NCBI GenBank assembly: GCA_942492995.1
Contig: OW818653.1
Coordinates: forward strand, 90,001 to 122,000
From: an uncultured Erysipelotrichaceae bacterium
Lineage (GTDB): Bacteria; Bacillota_I; Bacilli_A; Erysipelotrichales; Erysipelotrichaceae
Direction of reading: 5' to 3'
DNA length: 32,000 nt
Below, in pieces: positions 19,222 through 29,259 of the stretch. Made by a program: the position numbers and the translations under genes. A model generated the notes under the pieces. It worked only from the letters and a program-made list of their open reading frames with translations. It made no database searches and had not been told where the DNA came from. The number at the start of each line of letters is the position of its first letter. The first letter of the stretch is position 1.

Positions 19222-20852
19222 TACGTTCTAATCCATTCTGCGATTTGATCTTCAATCGGTTCTACATAAACACTTGTATATTGAGTAACACTCACCAAAC
19301 CCGGTTTTGAATCGGGTATTTTTTTTATGTCTTTAATAAACGCAACTTGTACTTCAACTTTTTTAGATCCACGTGCTTTAGAATAATGAGCACTTAGACA
19401 CGCTGCCATCTCTTTGTGTTCATTAGTTATCTTATCGCCTTGGAGTAATACATGTGCTCCATGATAATCTTTCGCATGGAACCATAAATCTTTCTTCTGA
19501 CCTATTTTAAATGTGATTGTTTCATTCTGTAAGTTATTCTTACCAACATAGATGCGTATATCATTATCGAGTAATAATTGTAGATAATGTATTTTAATTT
19601 GTTTAGAACTTCGTTTCGGTAGTTTTGTACGAATATATGCTCCACGTATTAATTCTTCTTTTATCTCAATCGCATCATGGACACTCGCAAGTGCTAACTG
19701 TTGGGTTAGAGCGTTGAAGTAATCTTGTTCTTCTTGATTGATTCTTAATTGATTTAAGATATGTACTTGTCCTTTTTTAAACTTTTGGTACTTATTATAA
19801 TACCGTTGTGCGTTTTGTTTACCATCATACTTCTCATCGAGTGGAATAGTAAGTAGTTCATCGGTCTCAAAATTATTCACTTCAAATGATTTTAATCCCT
19901 TTTGAAGTCCCATCCCATAAGCGTATAGATAATCACCATAGGTCCGCCATTTCTCACAATCCACTGCTTCGTCATACGCTTCTAATAGTTTAGGACGTTT
20001 TGTTTGAGCTTTCTTTAATTCGCGTTGGATAAACTTTATTACATCACCTGAATGTTGCTTAATACGTTCTTTCTCTTCGAGCGATTGATAAATATAATCC
20101 AATCCATCCATTAATGGATAAACTTTAAAGCTACTTGAAACATGTAATAAAGGAATACAATGAAAGACTTCTTCTCTATCTTTCACGATATGGATATGTT
20201 CACTCTTCTCAATCATGTCCATAATCATTTTAAATGATTCACCAACATGTAATCGATGTTCAATTTCACGTGCTAATAAAGGTGAGAAACCATGGAACTG
20301 TTCCATTATGGTTAATGTTGGATCATATTCATCGGTAAATGGATTCTTACGAGCTTGTTGATCAGGCAATGTATATTCAGCCCCAGGATGTATTGTACGT
20401 TTTGAGTTCTCATACGCTGGTATCCGTTTAAGCGCATCCATAATCCGATTCTCTTCATCGACAAACACGATATTCGCGTATTTACCCATCAATTCAATCA
20501 TGAGTTTATATTGATGCAAATCACCCATTTCATTGCGTTTATTAATTGTTATTTCAAGTAATCGATCTAATCCAACTTGCTTAATGGATAGAATTAAACC
20601 ATCTTCAATATGTTTTCTCAGCAACATCACAAAATTACTAGGTTCTTGTGGAGGGACAAATGTTTGATTGGATATTTGAATACGATTATGGACTGAATGT
20701 GCGGATATTAATAATTGATACTTATCTTTATTCGAACGAACATTCAAAAGAATCTCATTCTCGGATAAGTTATAAATTCTTTGAATTTTGATTGGACAAA
20801 GATTTTGTAGGGGTAAGACAATTCGACTTAGTAGTATTCCATCCAGTGCCAT
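19209..20852 (-). CDS. rqcH: Ribosome quality-control factor RqcH (NFACT / fibronectin-binding protein A family, YloA-like)
   Basis: N-terminal MALDGILL... NFACT-N region and C-terminal DLWFHAKDYHGAHVLL (NFACT-R). SD AAGAGG upstream. The 3' end overlaps the DUF45 gene by 13 nt. Confidence 0.85.
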   Translation of the reverse strand: MALDGILLSRIVLPLQNLCPIKIQRIYNLSENEILLNVRSNKDKYQLLISAHSVHNRIQISNQTFVPPQEPSNFVMLLRKHIEDGLILSIKQVGLDRLLEITINKRNEMGDLHQYKLMIELMGKYANIVFVDEENRIMDALKRIPAYENSKRTIHPGAEYTLPDQQARKNPFTDEYDPTLTIMEQFHGFSPLLAREIEHRLHVGESFKMIMDMIEKSEHIHIVKDREEVFHCIPLLHVSSSFKVYPLMDGLDYIYQSLEEKERIKQHSGDVIKFIQRELKKAQTKRPKLLEAYDEAVDCEKWRTYGDYLYAYGMGLQKGLKSFEVNNFETDELLTIPLDEKYDGKQNAQRYYNKYQKFKKGQVHILNQLRINQEEQDYFNALTQQLALASVHDAIEIKEELIRGAYIRTKLPKRSSKQIKIHYLQLLLDNDIRIYVGKNNLQNETITFKIGQKKDLWFHAKDYHGAHVLLQGDKITNEHKEMAACLSAHYSKARGSKKVEVQVAFIKDIKKIPDSKPGLVSVTQYTSVYVEPIEDQIAEWIRTYQVK

Positions 20853-20875
20853 AGGTAAACCTCTTTTGAAAGATA

Positions 20876-20884
20876 ATTATATCA
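20876..20884 (-). promoter_or_regulatory. Extended -10 (TGaTATAAT) promoter of rqcH
   Basis: The minus strand reads gTGATATAAT, followed by a 23-nt leader containing AAGAGG. Confidence 0.55.
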
Positions 20885-20886
20885 CA

Positions 20887-20915
20887 TTGACACAAAGCCT
20901 CTCAGTGAGTATGAT
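20887..20915 (+). promoter_or_regulatory. Sigma-A promoter of gmk (TTGACA-N17-TATGAT)
   Basis: Consensus -35, a 17-nt spacer and a good -10. It sits back-to-back with the rqcH -10. Confidence 0.7.
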
Positions 20916-20937
20916 ACTTGATAAAAGAGGGCAAGAA

Positions 20938-21507
20938 ATGAAGAAAGGTTTACTGATTATACTGAGCGGACCGAGTGGGGTGGGCAAGGGAACCGTTCGA
21001 AGTTTATTCTTTGGAGATCCGGAATTAAATATCGCATTTTCCGTTTCTATGACTACACGTACACAACGTGCAACTGAAAAAGATGGCACTGATTATTACT
21101 TTGTGTCAAAAGATCGTTTCTTAAAAGCAATTGAAAATGATGAATTATTAGAATATGCAGAGTTTGTTGGGAACTACTATGGAACTCCAATGGATAAAGT
21201 TGAAGAGCTGCGCAATCAAGGGAAAAATGTATTACTTGAAATTGAAGTACAAGGTGCTATTCAAGTAAAGGCAAAAGTTCCTGATGCTTTAACAATATTC
21301 ATCGTACCTCCTAGTATGGAAGAATTAGAAAAACGTATACGTGGTAGAAAGAGTGAAGCACCTGAAATAGTTGCTAAACGCTTAGAAAAAGCCGCGAAAG
21401 AGATGGAAATGGTTGGACAGTATAAGTTTGTTGTATGTAACGATGATCCTAAATTAGCTGCGTCGATCATCTCACTCATTATAAAAAGACATATGGAAAT
21501 GGCTTAG
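20938..21507 (+). CDS. gmk: Guanylate kinase
   Basis: P-loop GPSGVGKGT. The start at 20938 (MKKGLLIILSG) is preceded by AAGAGGG. The ORF-track Met at 20788 is an extension running through the promoter and the rqcH 5' end. Confidence 0.95.
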   Translation: MKKGLLIILSGPSGVGKGTVRSLFFGDPELNIAFSVSMTTRTQRATEKDGTDYYFVSKDRFLKAIENDELLEYAEFVGNYYGTPMDKVEELRNQGKNVLLEIEVQGAIQVKAKVPDALTIFIVPPSMEELEKRIRGRKSEAPEIVAKRLEKAAKEMEMVGQYKFVVCNDDPKLAASIISLIIKRHMEMA

Positions 21508-21523
21508 CCTTCCATATTTTTTT
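21491..21523 (+). terminator. Rho-independent terminator of gmk
   Basis: ATATGGAA(at)GGC-tta-GCCTTCCATAT stem followed by T7. It overlaps the TAG stop. Confidence 0.75.
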
Positions 21524-21526
21524 ATA

Positions 21527-21535
21527 TGGTATAAT
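21527..21535 (+). promoter_or_regulatory. Extended -10 (TGgTATAAT) 6 nt upstream of the priA ATG (leaderless candidate)
   Basis: TGGTATAAT-attgcc-ATG. The A of the ATG is at the canonical +1 distance and there is no SD. Confidence 0.55.
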
Positions 21536-21541
21536 ATTGCC

Positions 21542-23695
21542 ATGTTTAACCATAAATTCGCCCACATCTACATCGAACATCGACAATTAAAATTAAACCA
21601 AGCGTATACCTATCTTGTCCCAAATGATACACAAGTCGGAATGCGTGTTGAAGTACTATTCGGTACACAGAAATGTGTTGGGTTTGTTGTTAAATTAGAA
21701 GACTATAGTGAAGAGAAATTAAATGACTTTACGCGTCAAGAGATCGAAATAAAAGAAGTACTACGTGTAATTGACACAGAACCTGTACTTAATCAAGAAT
21801 TAATTGATTTAGGTTTTTGGATGGCGAATGAAACAATCTCACCTGTTATTAGTTGTTTTCAAGTAATGTTGCCAAAAGTAAAGCGAATTAGCTCAGGCTA
21901 TCAAGAAGCACAAATGGAACGATGGGTACATTTAGTTAGTACCCCAACCAATCCAACTAAATTTCAAATTGAGTTGATTGAAGAACTTAAAGAAGATTGT
22001 TTAATTAATCAAATTAAAAGTTCACCATCTACATTAAAAAATATGATTAAGAATGGATTTATCGGAGTTTATTCCAAAGAGAAAACGTATCAAAATCTAA
22101 CAATTAAACAAAAATTACCGAATTATACATTAAGTGACAAGCAGATTAACGCATTAGATCTAATCCATTCTACAAGTAAACAAGTTATTTGTTTATTTGG
22201 TAAGACGGGATCTGGTAAAACAGAACTTTATTTAAAACTAGCAGAAGAAGCACTCAAATCAGGTAAACAAAGTTTAATCTTAGTACCTGAAATCGCTTTG
22301 ACTGAACAAATGGTAACACGAGTTCAAGAACGGTTTGGACAAGATGTTGTTGTCTATCATTCGCATCTTACAGATCATGAGCGATACTTACAATACAAAC
22401 GAGTTAGTCAAAACGATGTATCACTGGTTGTTGGGACACGTTCAAGTATCTTCTTACCATTCAAAGATTTAGCTTGGATCATTCTTGATGAAGAACATGA
22501 TTCCAGTTATAAACAAGAAGCACTACCGTATTACCATACACGTGATATTGCGATTAAACGCGCAAGTTACTTTAATGCGAAAGTTGTATTGGGTAGCGCA
22601 ACACCAAGTTTTGAATCCTATGCACGAGCACTTAGAAATGTATATCAAATGGTTGAGTTGGATGAACGTGTAAAAGGAATTATGCCAGAGATTAAGTTAG
22701 TCCATAATCCAAAGTATCGTAAAACCATCTTAGCGAAAGAAACGGTTGATTTTATTCAATCAAAAGTAACGAAAAACGAACAAATTATCTTATTGTTAAA
22801 TCGAAGAGGATTTGCACCAGTCTTTCAATGTGTAGAATGTGCTAAGGCAATTGAATGTTCCGCATGTGATCGCTTAATGGTTTACCATAAAGAAGATAAT
22901 TTACTTAAGTGTCATAGTTGCGGATTATCTCATCCAATTCCTAAAACATGTCCAAGTTGTGGTTCAACCCAATTACGCATGATGGGCTATGGAACACAAC
23001 GCTTAGAAGAAGAGATAAATTCGCGCATTGATGGTATTCGCATATTAAGAATGGATAAGGATTCCACATCCAAAAAGAACGGACATCAAATCATACTTAA
23101 TGCGTTTAACAATCATGAAGCAGATATCCTACTCGGTACACAAATGATTGCGAAAGGCTTAGATAATCCTCTCGTAAGTGGATCAATAATCTTAGATATT
23201 GATCGTTCGTTATTAAGAACAGATTATCGTAGTATTGAAGATGCGTTCTCACTCATCCTACAAACAGCAGGAAGAAGTGGTAGAAGCTCTTTGAAGAGTG
23301 AAGTACTCATCCAAACTGATTTACAGGACCATTATGTATTCAATTCAGTATTCAAACATGATTATCCTCGTTTCTTTAATCAAGAGATGCAATATCGTAA
23401 ACTCGGACAAAATCCACCCTATACTTATTTGATCACAATCACCTTATTTAGTACCAATCAAGAGACTCTAAGTCGTAATGCACGTAAACTCTATGATGCA
23501 TTATCACATGACACAATTAAGTGTTTAGGACCAAGTGATATGGGAAAGGTGAATTATATGTATAAGAATCGTATAATATTAAAAGGAAAAGACTTAAATG
23601 AAATGCGTCAATTCCTTAAACAAACACTTGATGAAACAGTAACACTGCATAAATGGGATTGTTACATCGATGTTAATCCAATGGGGATCTTCTAA
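21542..23695 (+). CDS. priA: Primosomal replication-restart helicase PriA
   Basis: Walker A GKTGSGKTE, DExH box DEEHD and a Cys-rich zinc insert (CVEC..CSAC..CHSC..CPSC). Confidence 0.93.
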   Translation: MFNHKFAHIYIEHRQLKLNQAYTYLVPNDTQVGMRVEVLFGTQKCVGFVVKLEDYSEEKLNDFTRQEIEIKEVLRVIDTEPVLNQELIDLGFWMANETISPVISCFQVMLPKVKRISSGYQEAQMERWVHLVSTPTNPTKFQIELIEELKEDCLINQIKSSPSTLKNMIKNGFIGVYSKEKTYQNLTIKQKLPNYTLSDKQINALDLIHSTSKQVICLFGKTGSGKTELYLKLAEEALKSGKQSLILVPEIALTEQMVTRVQERFGQDVVVYHSHLTDHERYLQYKRVSQNDVSLVVGTRSSIFLPFKDLAWIILDEEHDSSYKQEALPYYHTRDIAIKRASYFNAKVVLGSATPSFESYARALRNVYQMVELDERVKGIMPEIKLVHNPKYRKTILAKETVDFIQSKVTKNEQIILLLNRRGFAPVFQCVECAKAIECSACDRLMVYHKEDNLLKCHSCGLSHPIPKTCPSCGSTQLRMMGYGTQRLEEEINSRIDGIRILRMDKDSTSKKNGHQIILNAFNNHEADILLGTQMIAKGLDNPLVSGSIILDIDRSLLRTDYRSIEDAFSLILQTAGRSGRSSLKSEVLIQTDLQDHYVFNSVFKHDYPRFFNQEMQYRKLGQNPPYTYLITITLFSTNQETLSRNARKLYDALSHDTIKCLGPSDMGKVNYMYKNRIILKGKDLNEMRQFLKQTLDETVTLHKWDCYIDVNPMGIF

Positions 23696-24942
23696 TGAAA
23701 GCAAGACAACTCGCATACGAAATTTTATATGATGTCATCGTGCGCAAACAATACGCTAGTTTAGCACTTAAACAGAGACTTCAAGAAGCACCTGTTATTG
23801 ATCAGACACTCTGCACATCTATTGTATATACCTGCCTACAGAACCATCGTTACATACGCGTTCTTTGGCAAAGACATACAACTTATTACCCAAGTTCTAA
23901 AATAGCGGTTCTATTAGACAGTGCTACGACTCAATTAATCTTTTTTGATCGTGTACCTGATTACGCAATACTCAATGAGACCGTTGAACTTGCTAAGAAC
24001 ATTGATTTAAATAGTGCGAAAATGGTCAATGCGGTTTTACATAAAGTACTAGAAAAAGGTAAAGAGAAGTTAGTTGGATTGGATGAGTTAGATACCATTG
24101 CCCTAAACGCATCACTTCCTACATTTGTCGTGAAGTTATGGAGTAAACATTATGGAATGGAACAAACCCTTTTAAATGCACAAGCTTTATTAGAACCATC
24201 CTTATTATGTGGTCGTGTTAACCCATTAAAAATAGATACAGATGAAATATTCTATGATCCAAACGTTACACGAGGTCAATTAAGTGAATATGCATTCTAT
24301 TCAAAAGATAATATCGTACAAAGTGATTGGTTTAAGAATGGTGAATGTTGGCTTCAAGATGAGGCAAGTCAATTGGTAAGTGAATTCTTAGAACCAATGG
24401 ACAACTTAAATGTTCTAGACGCATGCAGTGCACCTGGGACAAAAACATCCGCAACCGCCGTCCTTATGCATAATACCGGACACATTGATGCGATTGAACT
24501 CCATGAAACACGTACTGGATTAATTGATAAACAACTTATTCATTTAGGAATTACCAATGTCACAACCTATACAATGGATGCACGTGATGCGAAAGATAAC
24601 TTTAAACACAATTATTATGATAGAATACTCGTCGATGTGCCATGTAGTGGACTTGGCGTATTACGTCGTAAAGCAGATATAAAACTCCGTGTATCACCCG
24701 CTCAACTTGATGAACTTCAAGCCCTTCAAGCATCTATCTTAGAAGGTGTGTATGAATGTTTAAAAATTGATGGAATTATGGTGTATTCGACATGCACATT
24801 AAATAGAAAAGAAAATGAAATGCAGATAAAGAATTTTGTCGAGAAACATCCAGAATTCAAATTGTTAGAAGAGAGAACAATCTTCCCAAATGAATATCAT
24901 ACGGATGGCTTCTACATGGCTAAACTTAAACGATTTGCATAA
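23695..24942 (+). CDS. rsmB: 16S rRNA (cytosine967-C5)-methyltransferase
   Basis: NusB-like N-terminal domain and m5C methyltransferase motifs DACSAPGTKT, VDVPCSG and YSTCT. TAATG overlap with priA. Confidence 0.9.
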   Translation: MKARQLAYEILYDVIVRKQYASLALKQRLQEAPVIDQTLCTSIVYTCLQNHRYIRVLWQRHTTYYPSSKIAVLLDSATTQLIFFDRVPDYAILNETVELAKNIDLNSAKMVNAVLHKVLEKGKEKLVGLDELDTIALNASLPTFVVKLWSKHYGMEQTLLNAQALLEPSLLCGRVNPLKIDTDEIFYDPNVTRGQLSEYAFYSKDNIVQSDWFKNGECWLQDEASQLVSEFLEPMDNLNVLDACSAPGTKTSATAVLMHNTGHIDAIELHETRTGLIDKQLIHLGITNVTTYTMDARDAKDNFKHNYYDRILVDVPCSGLGVLRRKADIKLRVSPAQLDELQALQASILEGVYECLKIDGIMVYSTCTLNRKENEMQIKNFVEKHPEFKLLEERTIFPNEYHTDGFYMAKLKRFA

Positions 24943-24945
24943 ATG

Positions 24946-24954
24946 TGGTAAGAT
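24946..24954 (+). promoter_or_regulatory. Extended -10 (TGgTAAGAT) 6 nt upstream of the rlmN ATG (leaderless candidate)
   Basis: TGGTAAGAT-agcgat-ATG in the 18-nt rsmB-rlmN gap, with no convincing SD. Confidence 0.4.
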
Positions 24955-24960
24955 AGCGAT

Positions 24961-26001
24961 ATGAAAAAAACGATTTATGATTTTAACTATGAACAACTCA
25001 AGGAATGGTTCTTAAACCATAACGAAAAGAGTTTTAGAAGTAACCAAGTCTTTGGTTGGCTATATCGTAAAAGAATTGATGATTTTGGACAAATGACGGA
25101 TATTAAACCTTCACTAATCGAAACACTTAATGAAGAATTTGTGATTAATCCAATCAAACTTAAACAACGCCAAGCTAGTAAAGATGGTACGATAAAATAT
25201 TTATTTGAACTACAAGATGGTTTTTTAGTCGAGACTGTATTAATGCAATTTGATTATGGAAAATCCGTATGTGTAAGCTCACAAGTTGGATGTAATATGG
25301 GCTGTACCTTCTGTGCAAGTGGATTACTCAAAAAGAATCGCGATTTAACATCCGGTGAAATGATTGCACAAGTTATGTATGTACAAAGAGAACTCGATAA
25401 ATTAGAACATCGTGTAAGTCATATTGTAATTATGGGAACGGGTGAACCATTCGATAATTATGACAATGTCATGAACTTTTTATCTACGGTTAATCATGAT
25501 TTAGGACTTGCTATTGGAGCTCGTCATCTATCTGTCTCAACATGTGGAATTGTGCCTCGTATTCGTCAATTCTCACGTGAACATGTACAGTACAACTTAG
25601 CAATTAGTCTACATGCACCGAATGATGAATTACGTTCAAAACTAATGCCAATTAATAATGCTTATCCATTATCAGAACTTATGGACGCGTTAAATGAATA
25701 TTCTACGATGAATAATCGTCGTATTACATTTGAATATATCTTACTTAAAGGTGTTAATGATCAAAATGAACATGCGACTCAACTTGCACATTTAATTAAA
25801 GGAATGAATGCTTATATTAACTTAATTCCGTATAATGTAGTCGATGAACATGGTTATAAAGCAGTCGATTTCACGTCCGCTATGAAATTTTACGATAAAC
25901 TAATGCGACTTGGTGTAAAGAGCACATTACGTAAAGAAAATGGTGGCGATATTGATGCGGCATGTGGACAATTACGCGCAAAAGCTGAAGGAAAACTTTA
26001 A
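24961..26001 (+). CDS. rlmN: 23S rRNA/tRNA (adenine2503-C2)-methyltransferase, radical SAM
   Basis: Radical-SAM cluster motif CNMGCTFC, plus MGTGEP and the C-terminal DIDAACGQL. Confidence 0.95.
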   Translation: MKKTIYDFNYEQLKEWFLNHNEKSFRSNQVFGWLYRKRIDDFGQMTDIKPSLIETLNEEFVINPIKLKQRQASKDGTIKYLFELQDGFLVETVLMQFDYGKSVCVSSQVGCNMGCTFCASGLLKKNRDLTSGEMIAQVMYVQRELDKLEHRVSHIVIMGTGEPFDNYDNVMNFLSTVNHDLGLAIGARHLSVSTCGIVPRIRQFSREHVQYNLAISLHAPNDELRSKLMPINNAYPLSELMDALNEYSTMNNRRITFEYILLKGVNDQNEHATQLAHLIKGMNAYINLIPYNVVDEHGYKAVDFTSAMKFYDKLMRLGVKSTLRKENGGDIDAACGQLRAKAEGKL

Positions 26002-26735
26002 TGAAGATTGTTGGTTTAAGTGATATTGGTTTAATGCGTCGTATTAATCAAGATAGTTTTTTGATTGAAGAAAATAATGGCGTTAAGTTTATGATGGTAT
26101 GTGATGGAATGGGTGGCGCAAATGCAGGTGAAGTCGCATCATTAATTGCGACTCAATCTATGCAAAAACTATTTCAAGCTGAAAATTTTGATAATTATTC
26201 GAAAGATGAATTAAAAGCTTGGTTAAAACAAGCTTTTGTGAGTATGAATCGTTCTATTTATGAAGAAGCACAACTTAATGATGATTATAGTGGAATGGGT
26301 ACTACTGCTGTTGCGATATTAGTCTTAAATGATATCGTTCTTTGTGCAAATGTAGGGGATAGTCGTGCGTATCTATTGGATATGGATAATAAACTAAATC
26401 AAATTACAGAAGATCATTCTTTGATAAATGAGCTATTAAAATATAAACGTATTACCCCTGAACAAGCTAAAGTACATCCACAACGATCTGTTTTAACCAA
26501 TGTATGTGGTGTAATGGATCATGTGGAAGTTGATATATTCGAAGTAAAATCAAGTGTTAAGGGAATAATTTGTTGTAGCGATGGATTACACAACATGCTT
26601 AATGATAAGCGCATTGAATTAATTCTTAAACAACGTCGTGCCATTGAAAATAAAGTTGAACAATTAATCAAAGAAGCGAATCAAGCCGGTGGTGCAGATA
26701 ATATTACTGTCACCCTCGCATGGATGGTGAAATGA
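26001..26735 (+). CDS. stp: PP2C-family Ser/Thr protein phosphatase
   Basis: Motifs MVCDGMGG, GDSRAY, CSDGL and GGADNITV. It precedes the PASTA kinase as in prpC-prkC. Confidence 0.9.
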   Translation: MKIVGLSDIGLMRRINQDSFLIEENNGVKFMMVCDGMGGANAGEVASLIATQSMQKLFQAENFDNYSKDELKAWLKQAFVSMNRSIYEEAQLNDDYSGMGTTAVAILVLNDIVLCANVGDSRAYLLDMDNKLNQITEDHSLINELLKYKRITPEQAKVHPQRSVLTNVCGVMDHVEVDIFEVKSSVKGIICCSDGLHNMLNDKRIELILKQRRAIENKVEQLIKEANQAGGADNITVTLAWMVK

Positions 26736-26737
26736 GT

Positions 26738-28390
26738 ATGATCGAAATACTTGCGTCACGTTATCGTATTCTTAAACGCTTAGGTGAAGGAGGAATGGCA
26801 GATGTCTTCCTATCACAAGATGAGTTATTAAATCGTGAAGTTGCGATTAAAGTTTTACGTGGAAATTTATCCTTAGAACCTGTTTCAGTTCTGCGCTTTC
26901 AACGCGAAGCAAATTCTGCTAGCGCATTAAGTCATCCTAATATCGTAGAAATCTATGATGTTGGGGAAGAGGATGGTCATCACTATATCGTCATGGAATA
27001 CATTCGTGGACGTACCTTAAAACAACTCATCCAACAACGTGGAGCTTTAGAAATCAGTGAAGCTCTTGCGATTATGGACCAACTTATATCGGCAGTCGCT
27101 GAAGCACATAAGAACAATATTATTCATCGTGACATCAAACCTCAAAATGTACTAATCAAAGATGATGGGACCGTTAAAATAACGGATTTTGGTATAGCGA
27201 CAGTTTCTGATTCACTTCAATTAACTCAAACGGATACCGTATTAGGAAGTGTTCATTACTTAGCGCCAGAATTAGCACGTGGCGAAACTGCGACCTTCCA
27301 AAGTGATATCTATTCATTAGGTATTTGTTTCTACGAACTCTTAACAGGCGAAGTTCCATATCGTGGAGAGACACCTGTTCAAGTCGCAATGAAACATTTG
27401 AAAGATGAAATGCCAAGCGTTTTAGATTTTAATCCAAGCTTACCGATGTCGATTGAAAATATTATTCTAAAATCAACCGCAAAGAATCGTACTAATCGAT
27501 ACAAATCTGCAGAAGATATGCGTTTAGATTTAAAGAATAGTTTATCGGATAAGAACAAGAATGTTAAACGATTTGAGTTTGATCAACCGAATGAGAGTGA
27601 TGAAACGATAATCATAAATAAAGTAAATGGACTAAAAGATGAAAAAGTTAGTAAATGGAATATTAAATCATTCTGGGGAATGGGATTAGTTTTAGTATCG
27701 ACTATCACAATAATATTCATCCTAGCTTTAAGTGGTGTATTTGATCCAAATCGTAATATGGTAGAAGTTCCTGATCTTACCAATATGACCCTAGCAGAAG
27801 CACGCGAAGCTTTATTTGATTCAGGAATTGAAATCGCCTCAACAATCAATTATGAATTAACCGATAATGTGGAAGCTGGTAAAGTTATAAAAATTACGCC
27901 AAGTATTGGGACATTACTAGAAAAAGGTTCTACCATTAATATCACACTCAGTGAAGGCATATATTTTGTGGTAGAGGACTACAATGGACGTAATATTGAT
28001 GAAGTTAAAAAAGAGTTAGAAGATACAAAGATTAATGTAAGAATCGAATATCTTGCTAAACAAGATGTTCCTTCTGGATTAATACTTGAACAAGAACTCT
28101 TATTACCTGACACAAAATTAGACCCTAAGCGTCAATATGAAATAAAATTTATCGTATCTGCACCAGTTGAATTCTTAATTCCACAAATCAAAGGATTAAA
28201 TATTTCGACAGCTCAAGCACAACTAGAAGCACTTGGGGCTGTGGTTTACTTAAATCAATTATCAACAGAAGGAATGAGTGAAGAACAAATCTCAAAACTT
28301 ACACGAAATGTGGTTGTTGGTATAACACCAGAACCATTAGAATACTACACACAAGGACCCAATAACTTTATTGAGTTGAGTTACTATTAA
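26738..28390 (+). CDS. prkC: PASTA-domain Ser/Thr protein kinase
   Basis: Hanks kinase motifs (GEGGMADVF, AIK, HRDIKPQN, DFG), a single TM helix and three PASTA-like repeats. GGTGA lies 7 nt before the ATG at 26738. In-frame ATGs at 26720 and 26732 are alternatives. Confidence 0.9.
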   Translation: MIEILASRYRILKRLGEGGMADVFLSQDELLNREVAIKVLRGNLSLEPVSVLRFQREANSASALSHPNIVEIYDVGEEDGHHYIVMEYIRGRTLKQLIQQRGALEISEALAIMDQLISAVAEAHKNNIIHRDIKPQNVLIKDDGTVKITDFGIATVSDSLQLTQTDTVLGSVHYLAPELARGETATFQSDIYSLGICFYELLTGEVPYRGETPVQVAMKHLKDEMPSVLDFNPSLPMSIENIILKSTAKNRTNRYKSAEDMRLDLKNSLSDKNKNVKRFEFDQPNESDETIIINKVNGLKDEKVSKWNIKSFWGMGLVLVSTITIIFILALSGVFDPNRNMVEVPDLTNMTLAEAREALFDSGIEIASTINYELTDNVEAGKVIKITPSIGTLLEKGSTINITLSEGIYFVVEDYNGRNIDEVKKELEDTKINVRIEYLAKQDVPSGLILEQELLLPDTKLDPKRQYEIKFIVSAPVEFLIPQIKGLNISTAQAQLEALGAVVYLNQLSTEGMSEEQISKLTRNVVVGITPEPLEYYTQGPNNFIELSYY

Positions 28391-29259
28391 TGAAAAACGC
28401 AATCATAATAAAGATTATTTCTAATCGTTATACAATCTTAACTGAAGAACATGAAGAACTTATTGCGCAAGGCAGTGGTAAGTTAAAGTTTAATTCATTA
28501 CCTCTTGTCGGTGATCATATTGAATATGAACTTCGCGAAGATGTGTATATGATGACTAAAGTACTTCCACGTCACAATGAAATGAGTCGTCCGTCAATCG
28601 CAAACGTTGATAAGGCGCTGATTGTGATGAGTGCGGTTAAACCAGATTTTTCAACGCAACTTGTCGATCGTTTTGTGTGGTTAGTCCGCAATGCGAATAT
28701 TGAACCTGTTCTTATCGTCACAAAACTTGATTTAGTACCAGATGATAGTCCTATCTATAATGATTTACTCCAATATGAAAAAGATGGTATGCATGTTATT
28801 CGTGTCGCAAGAGGTAAGGAAATTATCGGTCTTGAAGAGGCGATTAAGGATAAAATTAGTGTATTAACCGGACAATCTGGAGTCGGTAAATCATCTTTAC
28901 TTAATCGTTTAAATCCAGAATTTGTCTTAAGAACACAAGAAATTTCCAAAGCTTTAGGTCGTGGTAAACATACAACCCGTCATGTCCAACTATTTCCTAT
29001 TGCGGGCGGTTGGGTGGCAGATACACCAGGCTTTTCTTCACTAGAATTTGCGAGCATTGAATTGGAACAATTAGCTTACTTAGTAAAAGAATTTGATCCA
29101 TATCGTGAAGCATGTCAATTTAGAGATTGTTCACATGTGAATGAACCTAAATGTGCAGTGAAAGATGCGGTTAAGGCTAACTTAATTCATCCAGATCGTT
29201 ATACGCATTATTTAGAAGTTAGACAATTAATTATCGATGAAAGGAAGTCTTACAAATGA
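28390..29259 (+). CDS. rsgA: Ribosome small-subunit biogenesis GTPase RsgA (CpgA/YloQ)
   Basis: Circularly permuted GTPase with TKLDL preceding GQSGVGKSSL, and a C-terminal zinc motif C..FRDCSHVNEPKC. Confidence 0.93.
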   Translation: MKNAIIIKIISNRYTILTEEHEELIAQGSGKLKFNSLPLVGDHIEYELREDVYMMTKVLPRHNEMSRPSIANVDKALIVMSAVKPDFSTQLVDRFVWLVRNANIEPVLIVTKLDLVPDDSPIYNDLLQYEKDGMHVIRVARGKEIIGLEEAIKDKISVLTGQSGVGKSSLLNRLNPEFVLRTQEISKALGRGKHTTRHVQLFPIAGGWVADTPGFSSLEFASIELEQLAYLVKEFDPYREACQFRDCSHVNEPKCAVKDAVKANLIHPDRYTHYLEVRQLIIDERKSYK

